From Hormiphora californensis (Eukaryota; Animalia; Ctenophora), in NCBI GenBank assembly GCA_020137815.1, contig CM035355.1, positions 868,001-932,000 of the forward strand: a DNA stretch of 64,000 nucleotides. The letters are read 5' to 3'. Under the pieces are notes generated by a model. The model searched no databases. It was not told the DNA's origin and saw only the letters and a list, made by a program, of their open reading frames with translations. The translations under genes were made by a program, and so were the position numbers. This document shows, one piece after another, positions 1-16,700 of this stretch. The stretch's first letter is position 1, and each line of letters starts with the position of its first letter.

Positions 1-959
1 TTCTTGTTCCGATACTTGGCGTCAGTCCAATAAAACAATTGTAGATGGCTGGATTGAGTCGAAGCGCATTTTCAATCACATATTCATTACCACAGTTCAC
101 ACAATTCAATAGAGAGAGAGAGAGAGAGTGGGCGAGGGTCTTAGGAGAACGAGAAAAGTGGGGGAAAGTGAGAAAGTGAAAGAGAGAGAAAGGGAGAAAG
201 TAGAGGGAAAAGTGATGGGGGAAGTGGCGGGAAAAAGGGAAAGTGTAGAGGGAACAGTGCTTTCAGAGAGAGGGGAAAGAAAGTGAGGGAAACAGGATTA
301 GGAAGAAAGGGAAAGAGGAGAAGGATGGAGGAAAGTGAAAGAAGGGTAGGTTATGTAGAGGAAATATGAAAGTTAAGAAGGGAAAGGTGAATGCGTTAGA
401 TAAAGATGTGTGAACAAAGTGAAACGTGGGGAAAGTGATAACCTAAACGAGAAAGGGAATGAGCGGAAACATCCCAAGTGAAAGAGAGAGTGTGAAAGAC
501 GAAAGAAAGTGGTGGTGAAATGGAAAGAGAAAGTGCAGGAAGAAATGTGGAAATATGAGATAAGAGGAAGCGAAAGTGTAGAAAGGATAGGGGGGAGGGG
601 GAAAGATGGAAAGTGAAAAGAGAGAAGAGAGATCGAGAGATGGAGGGGGGAGAGGAGAGAGAGAAATGAGCAAACCGAGTGAGAGAATGAAAAGTATGGC
701 GATGTTAAAGTTGGTATAAATCTCTGTATACTTTGCTGGAGAGAAAAGGGCCGCAATGTGGCAGTGAAGCTATAAATAATTCAGAGTTCAAAGAAATGAT
801 TTTGGGGATCGTTCAAACCATTTTACAATTTGGATATTTCTTCCTGCTTTCCCAATTACTCCGTCTATGTCTCTCTTCCTTTCACCGCACACGGCTTTTC
901 ACAAGACACACTGCTCAACATGTTCCTAGAATCAAATCACGTCCCCTGCCGTGGAGTCT

Positions 960-1770
960 CACATGGTCGCAATCCCTGTCTTCTGATTGGTTGGTCAAGT
1001 CACATGGTCACAATCCCTGTCTTCTGATTGGTTATGTTGGAGTCCCATGGTCACAATCCCTGTCTATATCTTGCATGGTTGTGAAGTCCACAGTCACAAT
1101 CCCTGTCTTCTGATTGGTTGGTGGAGTCACATGGTCACAATCCCTGTCTTCTGATTGGTTGGTGGAATGGAGTTGAGTTCACGGTTATAATCCTGTCTTT
1201 GATGGTTGTTGGAGGTCACAATGGTCACAATCCATGTCTTCTGATTGGTTGGTGGAGTCCCATGGTCACAATCCCTGTCTTCTGATTGGTTGTTGGAGTC
1301 CCATGGCCACAATCCCTGTCTTCTGATTGGTTGGTGAAGTCACAGGTCACAATCCCTGTCTTCTGATTGGTTGGTGAAGTCTCACAGGTTACAATCCCTG
1401 TCTTCTGATTGGTTGGTGAATTGGTGAAAGTCAGTCTACTCATGTCACAATCTCTGTCTTCTGATTGGTTGGTGAAGTCACATGGTCACAATCCATGTCT
1501 TCTGATTGGTTGGTTTGGTGGAGGTCAATGATCACACAATCCATGTCTTCTCTGAATTGGTTTTTTTGTTATGGATTGGTTGTTGGATTTCCAATCGATC
1601 ACAATCCCTCTCCTTCTGTGGGGGAGGATTGGTTGGTCAAGTAGTCAACAATAGTGGGGTCACAATCCCTGTCTTCTGATTGGTTGTTGAAGTCACATGT
1701 CACAATCTCGTCCTTCTGATTGGTGGTGATATAAAGAAGTCCCATGGTCACAATCCCGGTCTTCGATTGG
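960..1770. repeat. ~41-bp minisatellite (CATGGTCACAATCCCTGTCTTCTGATTGGTTGGTGGAGTCC), ~18-20 copies, degrading at the 3' end
   Basis: Unit visible directly, e.g. copies starting at 1261 and 1302; no unique spacers. Confidence 0.95.
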
Positions 1771-2362
1771 TTTTGTGGTTCGACCTCACATATTGTTTAA
1801 ACCATAGTGAGTGTTTGATTGGTTGTTGGATATTGTTCAAAGCTTTCACATGACTTCTGGTGGGATCGGTGTTTTGAAAAGTGAGAGATTGGGGGGGAGA
1901 TTTGAGGTTTTTAGGTGAAGAGAGAAGAGAGGAAAAGATGATGGAAGGAGGAGGGAGAAGAAGAGATGGATTGGATTTGGAAGGATGTGAGAGGGAGGAA
2001 GTGAGAGAGGAAAAGAGGAAGGCTATTATGGGTTGTGAAAATAGACGGAAAGAGTGATAGAAGAATAGGAGAGGAGAAGGGTTAAATAGGAGCACTTAAT
2101 AGGCTCTTTAATAGAATAAGGCATCTAATATTATTGGACCATTTTTTTTCTATTCTCAGTCGTTTTCAATTCAAAAAAAACCCCCCCCCATAATTGTTTT
2201 GCCCCCCCCTCCTCTGTTCTCTCTCCCCCTCTCTCTCCCTCCCTTCTCTGTCTCTCTCTCTCTCTCTCTATCTATCTGTCTGTCTGTCTCTCTCTGTCTC
2301 TCTCTGTCTCTCTCCTCTCTCTCCCTCTTTCTCTTCTCTCTCTCCTCTCTCTTCTCTCTCTC

Positions 2363-2462
2363 NNNNNNNNNNNNNNNNNNNNNNNNNNNNNNNNNNNNNN
2401 NNNNNNNNNNNNNNNNNNNNNNNNNNNNNNNNNNNNNNNNNNNNNNNNNNNNNNNNNNNNNN
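2363..2462. other. Assembly gap (100 N) within (CT)n, flanked by low-quality purine/pyrimidine-skewed sequence
   Basis: Run of N; homopolymer-rich, noisy flanks at ~1770-3650. Confidence 0.99.
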
Positions 2463-3778
2463 CTCTCTTCTCTCTCTCTCTCTCTTCTCTCCCTCTCTCC
2501 TTCCCCCTCTAATCTTCTGGGGTTATGACGTTTTGGGGTAATTTTTGGTTTGGGGCCCCGGGTTTTTCCTATTCCATAGAAAAAACCCTTTTGTTAGAAA
2601 TGGGTGGATAAGCTAGGGGGGAGGGAGGGAAAAGGAAAAAAAAGAAAAATTATTAAGGGGGGGCAATAGATGGAGAGGGGGGAAAACAGGGAAAAAATAA
2701 AAATCTAGGAACAGGAAAAAGGAAAGGAAATAATGCCATCGAAAAAAAAAAAAAAAAAAAGGGGGGGAACGGGGAGTCATTTGTTGAGGCACCAAAACGA
2801 GAGATGAGAAGCGGGGGGAAGGGGAAAGGTTATTCATAATTCGTGGGTTATGTTTTTTCCTTTTTTTGTGTCTCCCCGTTTTTTTTTGTTTTTACCCCTT
2901 TCTTCGCTACTTTTTTCGGTGGGGGGGGTTATTTTCAATCGATTTTTACCGGTAATTGGCCCCCCAATTTTTTTAGTCTCTGGAACAGAATGGGAGGGGA
3001 GAGGGGACGGAAGGGAGGAGGGGGAAGGGGAGAGGGGGAGAGAAAGGGGGGAGAGGAAAAAATAAACATGAGAAAGATTTGAGAACAAAGGGAAAAAAGA
3101 TAGAAAAAGGGCGGGGGGAACCGTCTCGTATTGCTTAGCAACAGAAAAATAAATATACAGTCATTGATTGTTTAGTAGACAAAATTGTTTAGCTTGGAGA
3201 GAAGATGGAGGACAGAAGAGTGATGGGGGAGAGGGGCAGATGGATGATGGGGGGGGGAAAAAGAAAAGGGGGGGGAGAAAGAGGAGGAGAATGTAGTTCT
3301 GATAAAGAAATGATATCTGATGAGATCTCCATTGTGCTCGTGTGATTGCAAGCTAATGTCACTCTCAAAAAAGGGGAGGTAGGAGGGGAGGGGGAGAGGA
3401 GAGGGGGAGGAGAGGAGAGAGAGAGGGAGAGAGGAGAGAAGAAGAGAGGAGAGGGGGAGGGGAAAGGAGAGGAGGGGGGGAGGAGAGGGAGGGGAAGAGA
3501 AGGGAGAGAGAGAGTGGGAGGGAAAAAGAGGAGGGAGAGGGGGAGAGAGGGAGAGAGGAGAGGAGGAGGAGAGGGAAAGAGAGAGAAGAGAAGAGGGGAG
3601 AGGAGGGAGAAGAGAGGGGAGGGGGAAGAGAGGGGGAAACATCAGAGCTTTATAAGTAGTGCAAGTTTCATGCATTAACACACGCCACGTAAAGGTCATG
3701 AGAATATACAACAACCCAACTTTTAACAACTTTATCTTTACTTTCTCCTTACTCCTTACTCACACTGTTTCTCCCCAG

Positions 3779-7251
<3,473 letters not shown>

Positions 7252-8417
7252 CACATAACGTTGTGTGTCTTGTGATTTTTATTTTCCACGTTCAAGACTA
7301 ATAATAACACTGAGAAGAAAAGTGTGTCAGGTCGTATCGAGAGATAGAGAGAGAGAGTAGAGGGACAGAGAGAGAGAGAGAGAGTAAGTTGGGGTATGAG
7401 ATGTCCAGTGCACTGTTTTCAGAACTATTCCCAGATTTGATGGTCTATCTGACTAACAGTGAATGAGAGGGAGTCACCCATTTTTGGGTCCTTTACCCAC
7501 TCTCATGATCTGGAGAACTCAACCCCCGAAAGAGATAGAGAGATAGAGAGAGACATGGTATATTTTTGGTACATTTTTGTGTTCAGGACTGCAGAATAGG
7601 TCGTGTGAGTAATTGTGTGGCATACACCAGATCTTACTCTTTTCTGAGAGAGGATGACTGTGGTGGGCGCTTTGTGTGAGTGAGAGAAATTGTGAGTGTG
7701 TGCACTGTGTGTGTTGTTTTCAAGCGACAATCGTCTGTATTTTTCTACATTTAATTGTGAAGACGCACAACTGTGTGTATGTGTCGAAGTACATTATATG
7801 CGTGATTGCACACGTATCTAGGTATTCATGCGTGAGTGTTTTACAATCGCGTGTTTTTCTTCCTCCTCCCTAGTTCTCCATATTAATATATTTTCGCTCT
7901 TAAATCCAGTTTGATAATCCCATATATATTCAGAAAGAAGCTATTAGGTATAATTTTGTAAGGAAGAAGTTTGAGGGTGTTTGCCTAGCTAGACTGTGTT
8001 TCGCGTGCCCCTTCTTTACAAATGTAAAGGAGGGTTAGAACATAACAATCTGATGGCTTAAAATTCTGACAGATCATCCCCACAACTTTATACATTAACC
8101 CCTCATCTCGCCCTCACACACACACACAACCAGATAGTGAGAGATAATGTTTTCTATATCGCCATGTTTAATACACAGAATCATAATATATATCATGTGT
8201 ATATCGGTTGAAAAAAGTGTAAAATGTAAATACGGAAAAAGATACAATGATTCGGCCTACAAGTACCCACACACACCATGAACACCACACTGTATTATCT
8301 GGCCCACACACCATGTGGACTCTTCCCCCGCTCTGTCTTGTCCTGGTCTATGTAACAGTGTATTTAGATCAAATCCTAGATTAAATAGACTCTGATCAGG
8401 AAAGAATGATCCCGTGT

Positions 8418-8510
8418 TTGGTCGCGCCGTCACCTTACAACTCAGTCCGCCTCGCGGGCTTCATTTTGCTGCGCTCTGTGCGGGAGTTGTAAGGGTGACT
8501 GCGTCACCAA
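8418..8510. mobile_element. 93-bp micro-MITE with TTGG...CCAA termini and a degenerate 9-bp TSD
   Basis: ~26-bp imperfect TIRs (TTGGTCGCGCCGTCACCTTACAACTC / GAGTTGTAAGGGTGACTGCGTCACCAA). Flanks ATCCCGTGT and ACCCTGTGT match at 7/9. Terminus matches the element at 47886. Confidence 0.7.
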
Positions 8511-8811
8511 ACCCTGTGTGTGTGTGAGGTCTGTACATATATCACGTGACAGGCTATTAGTAAATTGCGATAATTTTCAGTCGTCCACGAGTTATGTGAT
8601 AAATATCCTGATTTGTATTTGCAGCGAGAACCTTTTTTCTACTAGCATGCCACATACATTGTTGTACTTGTTTTACAGTACACTGCACAGTTTTCAAAAC
8701 TGGTGCAGCTGGTGCAGTAGATGAAGACATGTGTTTTAGTTGGTTTGTTGTTTTAGAGATGTGTAGGCTAGTAATAACGTTTTCTAGGATCTTTCTGAAT
8801 ACCTGGAACAT

Positions 8812-9222
8812 GTGTTGCTAGGGACTCTAGTCATGTTGCTAGGGACTCTAGTGACTAGGCATGTTGCAAGGGACTCTAGTCATGTTGCAAGGGACTCTAG
8901 TCATGTTGCTAGGGACTCTAGTCATGCTGCTAGGGACGCTAGTCATGTTGCTAGGGACTCTAGTCATGTTGCTAGGGACTCTAGTCATGTTGCTAGGGAC
9001 GCTAGTCATGTTGCTAGGGACTCTAGTCATGTTGCTAGGGACTCTAGTCATGTTGCTAGGGACTCTAGTTATGTTGATAAGAACGCTAGTCGTGTTGCTA
9101 GGGACTCTAGTTGCGTTGCTAGGGACTCTAGTTGTGTTTCTAGGGACTCTAGTGACTAGGCATGTTGCTAGGGACTGTAGTCGCGTTGTTAGGGACTCTA
9201 GTTGCGTTGCTATGGACTCTAG
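8812..9222. repeat. 21-bp minisatellite (CATGTTGCTAGGGACTCTAGT), ~19 copies
   Basis: Directly visible tandem unit; explains the repetitive ORFs 8812-9406. Confidence 0.97.
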
Positions 9223-9568
9223 TAAACACTCTGGTAAAGGGCTACAGAATGCTGTTTATATCTCAAGAGTTTACTCAGAAAGTTTTTTGTTTGTAAGCGT
9301 GTTCCAGGCAAGACCTGTTAAACATGGGATATTTCTTGCGTTGTTTAGGAATTCAAGAGAGAATCATCACACGCACTGGGAGATAATTTACGTGCTGTGT
9401 GTGTGAGTGTGTATGAGTGTGTGTGTGAGTGTTCTGTCGTCATAATTGATTGTAAAATAAAGAACCAATTTCTTCATTCCCCCAAAATCAGATCGAGGCG
9501 AAAATCCCATTATTATTTTGTCAACAAAACCGGCCAAAAATCATCAACCATAAAGATTTGATCAACAT

Positions 9569-9903
9569 CCCCCATAAAAAAGTCGCTTGGCAAATTCCCT
9601 CGTCGCTCGGCAATTGGTTCGGCAACAACAGGTGGTTTGCCGAGCCAGTCGCTCGGCTAATCAAGGAAGTCTCCGTGATTTCACCGCGTTCTTACAGAAA
9701 AAGCACATTTTTTCAGCACTTTGTATTTTTCAGCAGGAGATTTTGAAAAAAAGTGCTGAAAAAATGTACTTTTTCTGTAAGAACGCGGTGAAAACACGGC
9801 GACTTCCTTGATTAGCCGAGCGACTGGCTCGGCAAACCACCTGTTGTTGCCGAACCAATTGCCGAGCGACGAGGGAATTTGCCAAGCGACTTTTTTATGG
9901 GGG
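9569..9903. mobile_element. 335-bp palindromic MITE with CCCCC...GGGGG ends and probable 2-bp AT TSD (CACTA/CMC-like)
   Basis: ~155-bp near-perfect inverted arms (CCCCCATAAAAAAGTCGCTTGG... / ...CCAAGCGACTTTTTTATGGGGG); AT on both flanks. Confidence 0.9.
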
Positions 9904-9938
9904 ATCAACCATATAGATTTGATCAAAATGTCAGTCTC

Positions 9939-11503
9939 TCACTTCACAGACACAGTATGTTTTCTCGTTTTCTCACCCTTACTTCTCCCGGTTCCATTTG
10001 AACTCTCACTGATTTGCCTCTGAGCACTGCCTCTGTTTCCCTTGGGAGTTTTACTGCGCATCTTTGTCTCGTGGGAGACTGCCATACTGAGTCGTGTGGC
10101 TAGTTTCAGGCGGTTTAGTTTCCTAGAACTGGTCCTCTGGGAGGCTCCCTCAACCCAGGTGGGAACATCCAACCCATCTGGTGGGCAGGAGGAGTTGTGG
10201 ATTGGCAGGGGGCAGCCTTGACTAACGATAGAAAAAGTACCAAGACAGTAAAACATAAGTCTTAGTCCCGGTACTGTAAGTGTACTTACCGAGAATGAGT
10301 GGGTATGTGAGACAGGCCTTCTTCAACAGTGGGATGTGTTGTACCCTCCCTTCCTCATCATCTAGGTAGTGGAGAGAATATGAGGGTTTAGTTCAAACAC
10401 CAAACCCTTTTGTCTGTTGTGTCTGAACATTCATGAAACAAGTTAGAAGTAGAAAGAAGTAGAGGCCATTGAGAGAGACCAGAAATAGAGACAGAATCTG
10501 TCATAGAGGTAGAGAATGATTTGCACATGTTCATATCCCTCACATGCAATCTACTAAAGTGCCATCTCCTCAGCCACACACATCTAGAGAATAGGCTGGG
10601 AAGGATCTCATAATAAATGCCTGCCCCCTACCTAGATGGAGCAGAGAGAAGCTCTGCTTTTTGTTGAGCATCAACACCTGCAGCAATCCCCTGTTTGCTG
10701 CCAAGCAGTAATTAGGGCCTTTTCGGTGTTTCCGAGGCGGGGCTGTCACTGTCAGAGCATTGGCTTGACCCTATTCTCATAAAACTGGGGTCAGACTGTC
10801 AGCCGTCAGGCCAATGCACTGACCACAGTTCTCGCGCACTCCAAGAGAAACGAGAATGGGTCAGGCGGCAGGCCAATGCTCTGACAGGGTCAGAGCACTG
10901 GCCTGACAGCTAAAACCTACATTCAATTTTGATGAGAATGTAGTCTGCCCTGTTACAATTTGTCAAGTGAAGGTTCGTGTACAAGCATCCCTCTGTTATA
11001 GTAGCAGATAGCTCGGCCAAGTTCTGAAATCTTCCTCTGGTATCCACTAGGTCTATCGGATCTAGGAGAGGATGTTGATGAAGATGTGGGCAATCTTATT
11101 GATACGTCACAATGGCTTTTCAGGGCGTCGCGAAGGAAGGTACATGGCTCGTAATTGGGCACGTCGCGCCCCCCATGTTCGCGCGCCCGTAGGGCGATCC
11201 CTTCACAGGCAAGGCTCGTAAGAAGAACTGGTCATACACCATTTTACTATCTAGCGACGCCGATCTGAGCGTGCTGTTTTGATCTTACCTGTCAAAAGAC
11301 ATTGGTTTGCCTGAATCCTAATGTAGTCTAGGAAGCTTCTCACATTACAGTTTGGATTTATCAGTAACACTTGGTTCTCTGAAAATACACAGATCTTTGG
11401 CAACGACAGTACTGCCTTGAAAGTTGACAATAAAGTCAGAACAGGGATAATTACCTCCGTACAAAACTCTAACAAAACTGTGATGAGGATCTGGTGTAGC
11501 CAT
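9939..11503 (-). CDS. CXorf65/C22orf15-family small protein. Exons 11503-11455, 11378-11289, 10677-10632, one unresolved exon from ~10583, 10361-10290, 10177-9939
   Basis: Spliced N-terminus MATPDPHHSFVRVLYG|ENQVLLINPNCNVRSFLDYIRIQA matches the family pattern F.....G.NQ..L.N.NC....L.YI as I recall it. A later 'IPLLK' motif and a Lys/Arg-rich tail also fit. The middle exon's frame is not recoverable, probably because of indels. Confidence 0.7.
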
Positions 11504-12418
11504 CTTGATAAAGGTTGGGAGTAAAGGGACACCTCAACAAGATAAAGGGTTATAGTTGGGAGTGAAGATAGAGAGTCTCTGAGATTAAGAGATTAAGAGT
11601 CAGCACTGAACGTCAAGAAAACAGGGCAATAGGTAACTGGAGACCTCGACAAAGAATATAATGGGATTTGGATTGACTTGGAAAAAGTAAAGCCTCTCAC
11701 AGATCGAGAGAAAGTGAATGTGATTCAATCTAGATTAGGATTGGGTTACAAAATGGAGGCCTATAGATGAAGTAGGAGAGATCGGAGAGACTAGAGAGAG
11801 AGAGAGAGGACATGTTTATATTCAGAATGAGCAAACAATAGCTTTCATAATCACCACGGGCACTGAACTTTAGAAGAGGCAGGGCCCCACCAAGAATCAC
11901 ACGGGGGGAGCCCGGAGCTACAACAAGAGATCTAGGGAATAAGAGGTTGAGTAAGGGTCCTCCCACCCAACAAAGAATGAGAGGTAGGTTGCTAAAGAAA
12001 CAACTATCAGCCCCCCATGATGAGAGGGGGGAGTGACATGGGAACCTAGGCGACAAACAGTTTCATTTAATGGACCCCAAAAAGCTTCTCGATCATGATA
12101 TCATGTTATTTAGGGGCCGCCTCGGATCACTTTGGTTCCCCCTTACTCAACAACATTTTGTCGTTATGACAAAATACAAACGTGAAACCGATCATACTGA
12201 CAGAGCATCATGGGGGCCCTATATACACAGTCACTATGATATCGTGTGAAACAGTAAGAGAGTGAGAGGGGGTGCTGGATCAGAGCGATTGCATGAGGAT
12301 TGGACCGAGTAATAATATGCAACTGCGCGAGGGGGCTGTTCACACTTGTTGTTCCGTGCAATACATACAGGAGGGACTCCTGTCTAGTGGTTGAGAACTT
12401 GTTTGTCAAGTTCAGGTA

Positions 12419-13210
12419 AGTACAGATAACAGGATGACAAAGTACAGATAACAGGATGACAAAGTACAGATAACAGGATGACAAAGTAGAGATAACAGAA
12501 TGACAAAGTAGAGATAACAGGATGACAAAGTAGAGATAACAGGATGACAAAGTAGAGATAACAGGATGACAAAGTAGAGATAACAGAATGACAAAGTTCA
12601 GATAACAGGATGACAAAGTAGAGATAACAGGATCGGATGACAAAGTAGAGATATATAACAGGATGACAAAGTACAGATAACAGGATGACAAAGTAGAGAT
12701 AACAGGATGACAAAGTTCAGATAACAGGATGACAAAGTTCAGATAACAGGATGACAAAGGACAGATAACAGGATGACAAAGTACAGATAACAGGATGACA
12801 AAGGACAGATAACATGATGACAAAGTACAGATATATAACAGGATGACAAAGTTCAGATAACAGGATGACAAAGGACAGATAACAGGATGACAAAGTACAG
12901 ATAACAGGATGACAAAGGACAGATAACAGGATGACAAAGTACAGATATATAACAGGATGACAAAGTACAGATAACAGGATGACAAAGTACAGATAACAGG
13001 ATGACAAAGTACAGATAACAGGATGACAAAGTACAGATAACAGGATGACAAAGTACAGATAACAGGATGACAAAGTACAGATAACAGGATGACAAAGTAC
13101 AGATAACAGGATGACAAAGTACAGATAACAGGATGACAAAGTACAGATAACAGGATTACAAAGTAGAGATAACAGGATGACAAAGTACAGATAACAGGGT
13201 GACAAAGTAC
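12419..13210. repeat. 22-bp minisatellite (TACAGATAACAGGATGACAAAG), ~36 copies
   Basis: Directly visible; explains the spurious ORFs 12164-13322. Confidence 0.98.
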
Positions 13211-13715
13211 AACAGAGACATTTTGTTAGGTTCGCCATTGGTTTGTAAGATGTCAGGAAGGCTTTAAGACAATTGGATCTGGCGAACCTGACAAGATTTG
13301 AGTTTGACAAATTAATAAACACGGATATTTTAAGTTGTTAACAACGTGATAAATAACACATACACAACGATCAGTTAAAACAACGTAGCACTTGTAATTG
13401 ATCGCTTAGAGAATCCTAGTTTGAAACTGGGAGAATTGTCACAGCAAATGCAACAAGCATTTCTCGCCCTACAATATTCTATCGACAAATTGCTTTATAT
13501 CTTGAGAATCAATGGAGCTCGAATCAATATTAACTCTTTTATTTCTCTCTCCACTTTGAGATCAAAATATCAGGCGATTCAGTCACGAAAAACACTCTCG
13601 TCTTCTTCAGCTTTTTAACCAAAAACTGTGAATTTCACGTGTTAATTATTTAACCAACAAAATCTGATCTTTTTAACAGACACAAAAACAACAAAAATCA
13701 CACTCTTCAAAGACT

Positions 13716-16700
13716 CTACACTGCACTGTTCATATATGTTCTGTTATGAGTGTTTATGGGTTGCATGGCACCCTTGTGGTGGGCGTCCGGTGAGGTGTCC
13801 AGGACGGCTGATGTGAAGTTAACCATCATCTCTCGCTCCAACTTCATCCGCTCCTGATAGGTCTTCAGACCGGCGCTAATTTTAGCCCTCTGAAACGCAT
13901 CCATATCGGGTTTCTTGGGTTTGTTTCGTGTTGGTAGCTGGGGTGCTGGAGGAGCTGGTGTGGTTGGGGATGCACCGGGGTGGGATCGGTTCAACTCAAT
14001 GTCTATGTACTCATAATTAGGCCCAGTAGGTCGAGGTGCTGCTGCGGGGTTGCTACTGCGGGCTCGATCCATATTGATGTACATCTCTGCAGGGGAGCTC
14101 TCGCCCCTACTTCTCATGGGTCCGACTATGGACCTGGATGAGGGGATATGATGGTCGGGTGGGGAGGAGAGGAGGTGGTCAGTAGAGCTGGTAGTGGCCA
14201 TGTCCTCATAGATACTGTCACAGATCCTGGCTGTACTGGCCTCCATTTGCTCGTAGATCTGTAGAGAGGGAGGGGTGGAGTTAGTACATTATTAGTTTGC
14301 ACTAAAAAGATAAACTCGGGATAAACCCTGTATCAAAGTGTCCCGGCCCATTTACTTACATCACTATCATAGTTTGATGCACAGCTGCTCATCCCAGTAC
14401 TCCCACTATAGTCGCTGCTACTAATTCCATCACACGATCCATTCTTCCCAGGACTACCCACTCGACTCATCGTGGCAACAGGGACACTATCTTGGCAGTG
14501 GCTCCGATACAACTCGTTTATGGAGAGCCCAGTGGGGCCAGGAATACTGTATTTGTTCTCGGCTGGGGCCCGGGGGTGAGATCTACCACCTGATCGACCT
14601 GTACTGTCTGTTTTACCAACATGAATATCGATCTGGGGAAAAGGGGAGGTCAGGAACCGGTGAAGAATTCCCTAAATTTATTCTACTCAACTTATAATTC
14701 AGAAGGGCATGATCATTTCAATAGACTGCATTTAAAACTCAAAGGAAGTTTCCAATGAGAGATAAAAATAGTATATTTTCTAACCTGAATTTCAGGGTTG
14801 GTGTGGGCCATGTAGCGACAGAGGACATTGTAGAGGGTCAGGGTGTTATGATTGTTTACTGTTGCTGTGTAGGTAGTAGGGCTGTCCTTGGTCGTCCAGA
14901 TTAGCGTGTCATCTACCACGTTACAACCTGGGAGGGAGTTGGGGGTTAGAGATGGGGATTAGAGATGGGGGAGGGAGAGGAGTTGGGGGTTAGAGATGGG
15001 GGTTAGATTTGGGGGTTAGAGATGGGGAGGAGGGAGTTGGGGGTTAGAGTTGGGGAGGAGGTGATGTTAGGTTATAACCAAGGTGGCGGTTATGAGGGTT
15101 TTCATGATTACAGATGGTTAATTCGGGGACTTTTAATGGTGGCTCTATATTGGGAATAATCAAGCTAGCAGATGGACTTCTTATTGGGCTGTTGTTTCCT
15201 ACTCTCTGGTTACTCTAAACGGCAATTTGATGCCGCGACTATCGGTCTATTGAAACCAGCATGTGAAGACCTGCTGAACACTATCGGTATAGTAGATAAG
15301 AGAGAGATAGGGAGAGAGAAGGAAGAGACAGAGACAGATAGGGAGATATATAGAGAGGGAGGGAGAGTGAAGTTAGGGGGTTTCATAGTGGTAGGAAGAC
15401 TAGAAGGTTGACGCCAAGTTGACATAAGTTCTGTAATCACAGTAAAATTAGCAGGAAATCATGTCAACCCTTCCTACTCCAAGGCTCGCGACTAAAGAAC
15501 TATGATAATGAATGGCCGGTGCAAGAGTTACGTAAAGAGAACCTCCCCCTTCAGTCAATAAGTAGGGTCTGTTTGGACTTTAAAAAAAGATTCCCCTCTA
15601 CTTACTCTTTAGAACGAAGTAAGGCCACTTCCGGAGGGGAGCCCCTGTCAGGGGACAAAGCAGGGCGATACAGTCAGGAGTTAGGACTAACATACAGTCT
15701 CCATTCACACCAACATTCTCTCCACATACACAATGGTACTCAAAACCTGTGGGAGAAATCAGGATTATATTAGGCTTGTTCAATGAATTGTTTGATAAAT
15801 GTTAAAACAGATCAGAATTTTATTAGGCTTGTATTGTCTAGCTACTAAACAGACGTTCAATGAGTTGTTAAAACACACATTGTCTAATAAGAGTAGCACT
15901 GTATCTCCCCTACCTAATGTAACACCCTCCAGTATAGAACACATCCATCCTTTGCAATCAGCCCGGGTCGGGGTACTCAGGTAAAGGACCTGTCTCCCCA
16001 TATGGATTATAAAACCCTCCTCCTTAAAGATGTCCATCCGCTGGGAGGTCTTCAGGCAGTGGGCACTCTTGATGCTCCATGAGGTCTGGGGAGGAGGAGA
16101 GATGGGGTTAGGGATGGGAGATATCTAGAGGGTTTGATGAGGAGTTCCGAGTTGGGGTTAGAGAGGAGAACGCCCAAGGGTTAGAGTAAATTAAGGATTT
16201 GGGGAGAGATAGGGTAAGCAAATGGAATGCTATGAATTTGTGACTTTATCATTTGTGATCCCCTAATCTTCAATAGCTGATCTATATAGTCATGCATCAA
16301 GAATGCATGGTATGACGCCATCCCTCTCTCTCTTTCCTGCTTTTCTCATTCATCTTGTCGATGTTAGCAAGCAGAAAAGATAGCTGCTCCTTCATAAATA
16401 TATCTATTGTGGTGGAATATGATATTCACAAGTACACTCTCGTGCATGTTTCATTCTTGTGTAGAATTGAGAGGGCTAGATGAAAGAGAAAAAAGTACGG
16501 TCTGAAATGAAATATCAATGTGTCTCATAAACACCATTCAATTGACTGCACGTGCATCTCTCTTCTGATTGGTTTACACCTGTCACGTGATATCATGCAC
16601 ACTACTGATGAATGACTGGAATGAGGCTGGAACACACACTGCACGATGTACCACAATTATGATGCCATGGTAACAAACATAGTTTATGATAAAACGTCTT

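Noticed and set aside
9543-9929. Apparent 26-bp target-site duplication around the 335-bp MITE
   Set aside because: The copies differ at 2 positions; a pre-existing 24-bp tandem duplication plus a 2-bp AT TSD is simpler.
8812-13322. CRISPR-like arrays or repeat proteins at 8812-9406 and 12164-13322 (also 960-1770)
   Set aside because: Head-to-tail minisatellites with no unique spacers and no cas genes, in eukaryotic DNA; the ORFs are by-products of the repeat unit.
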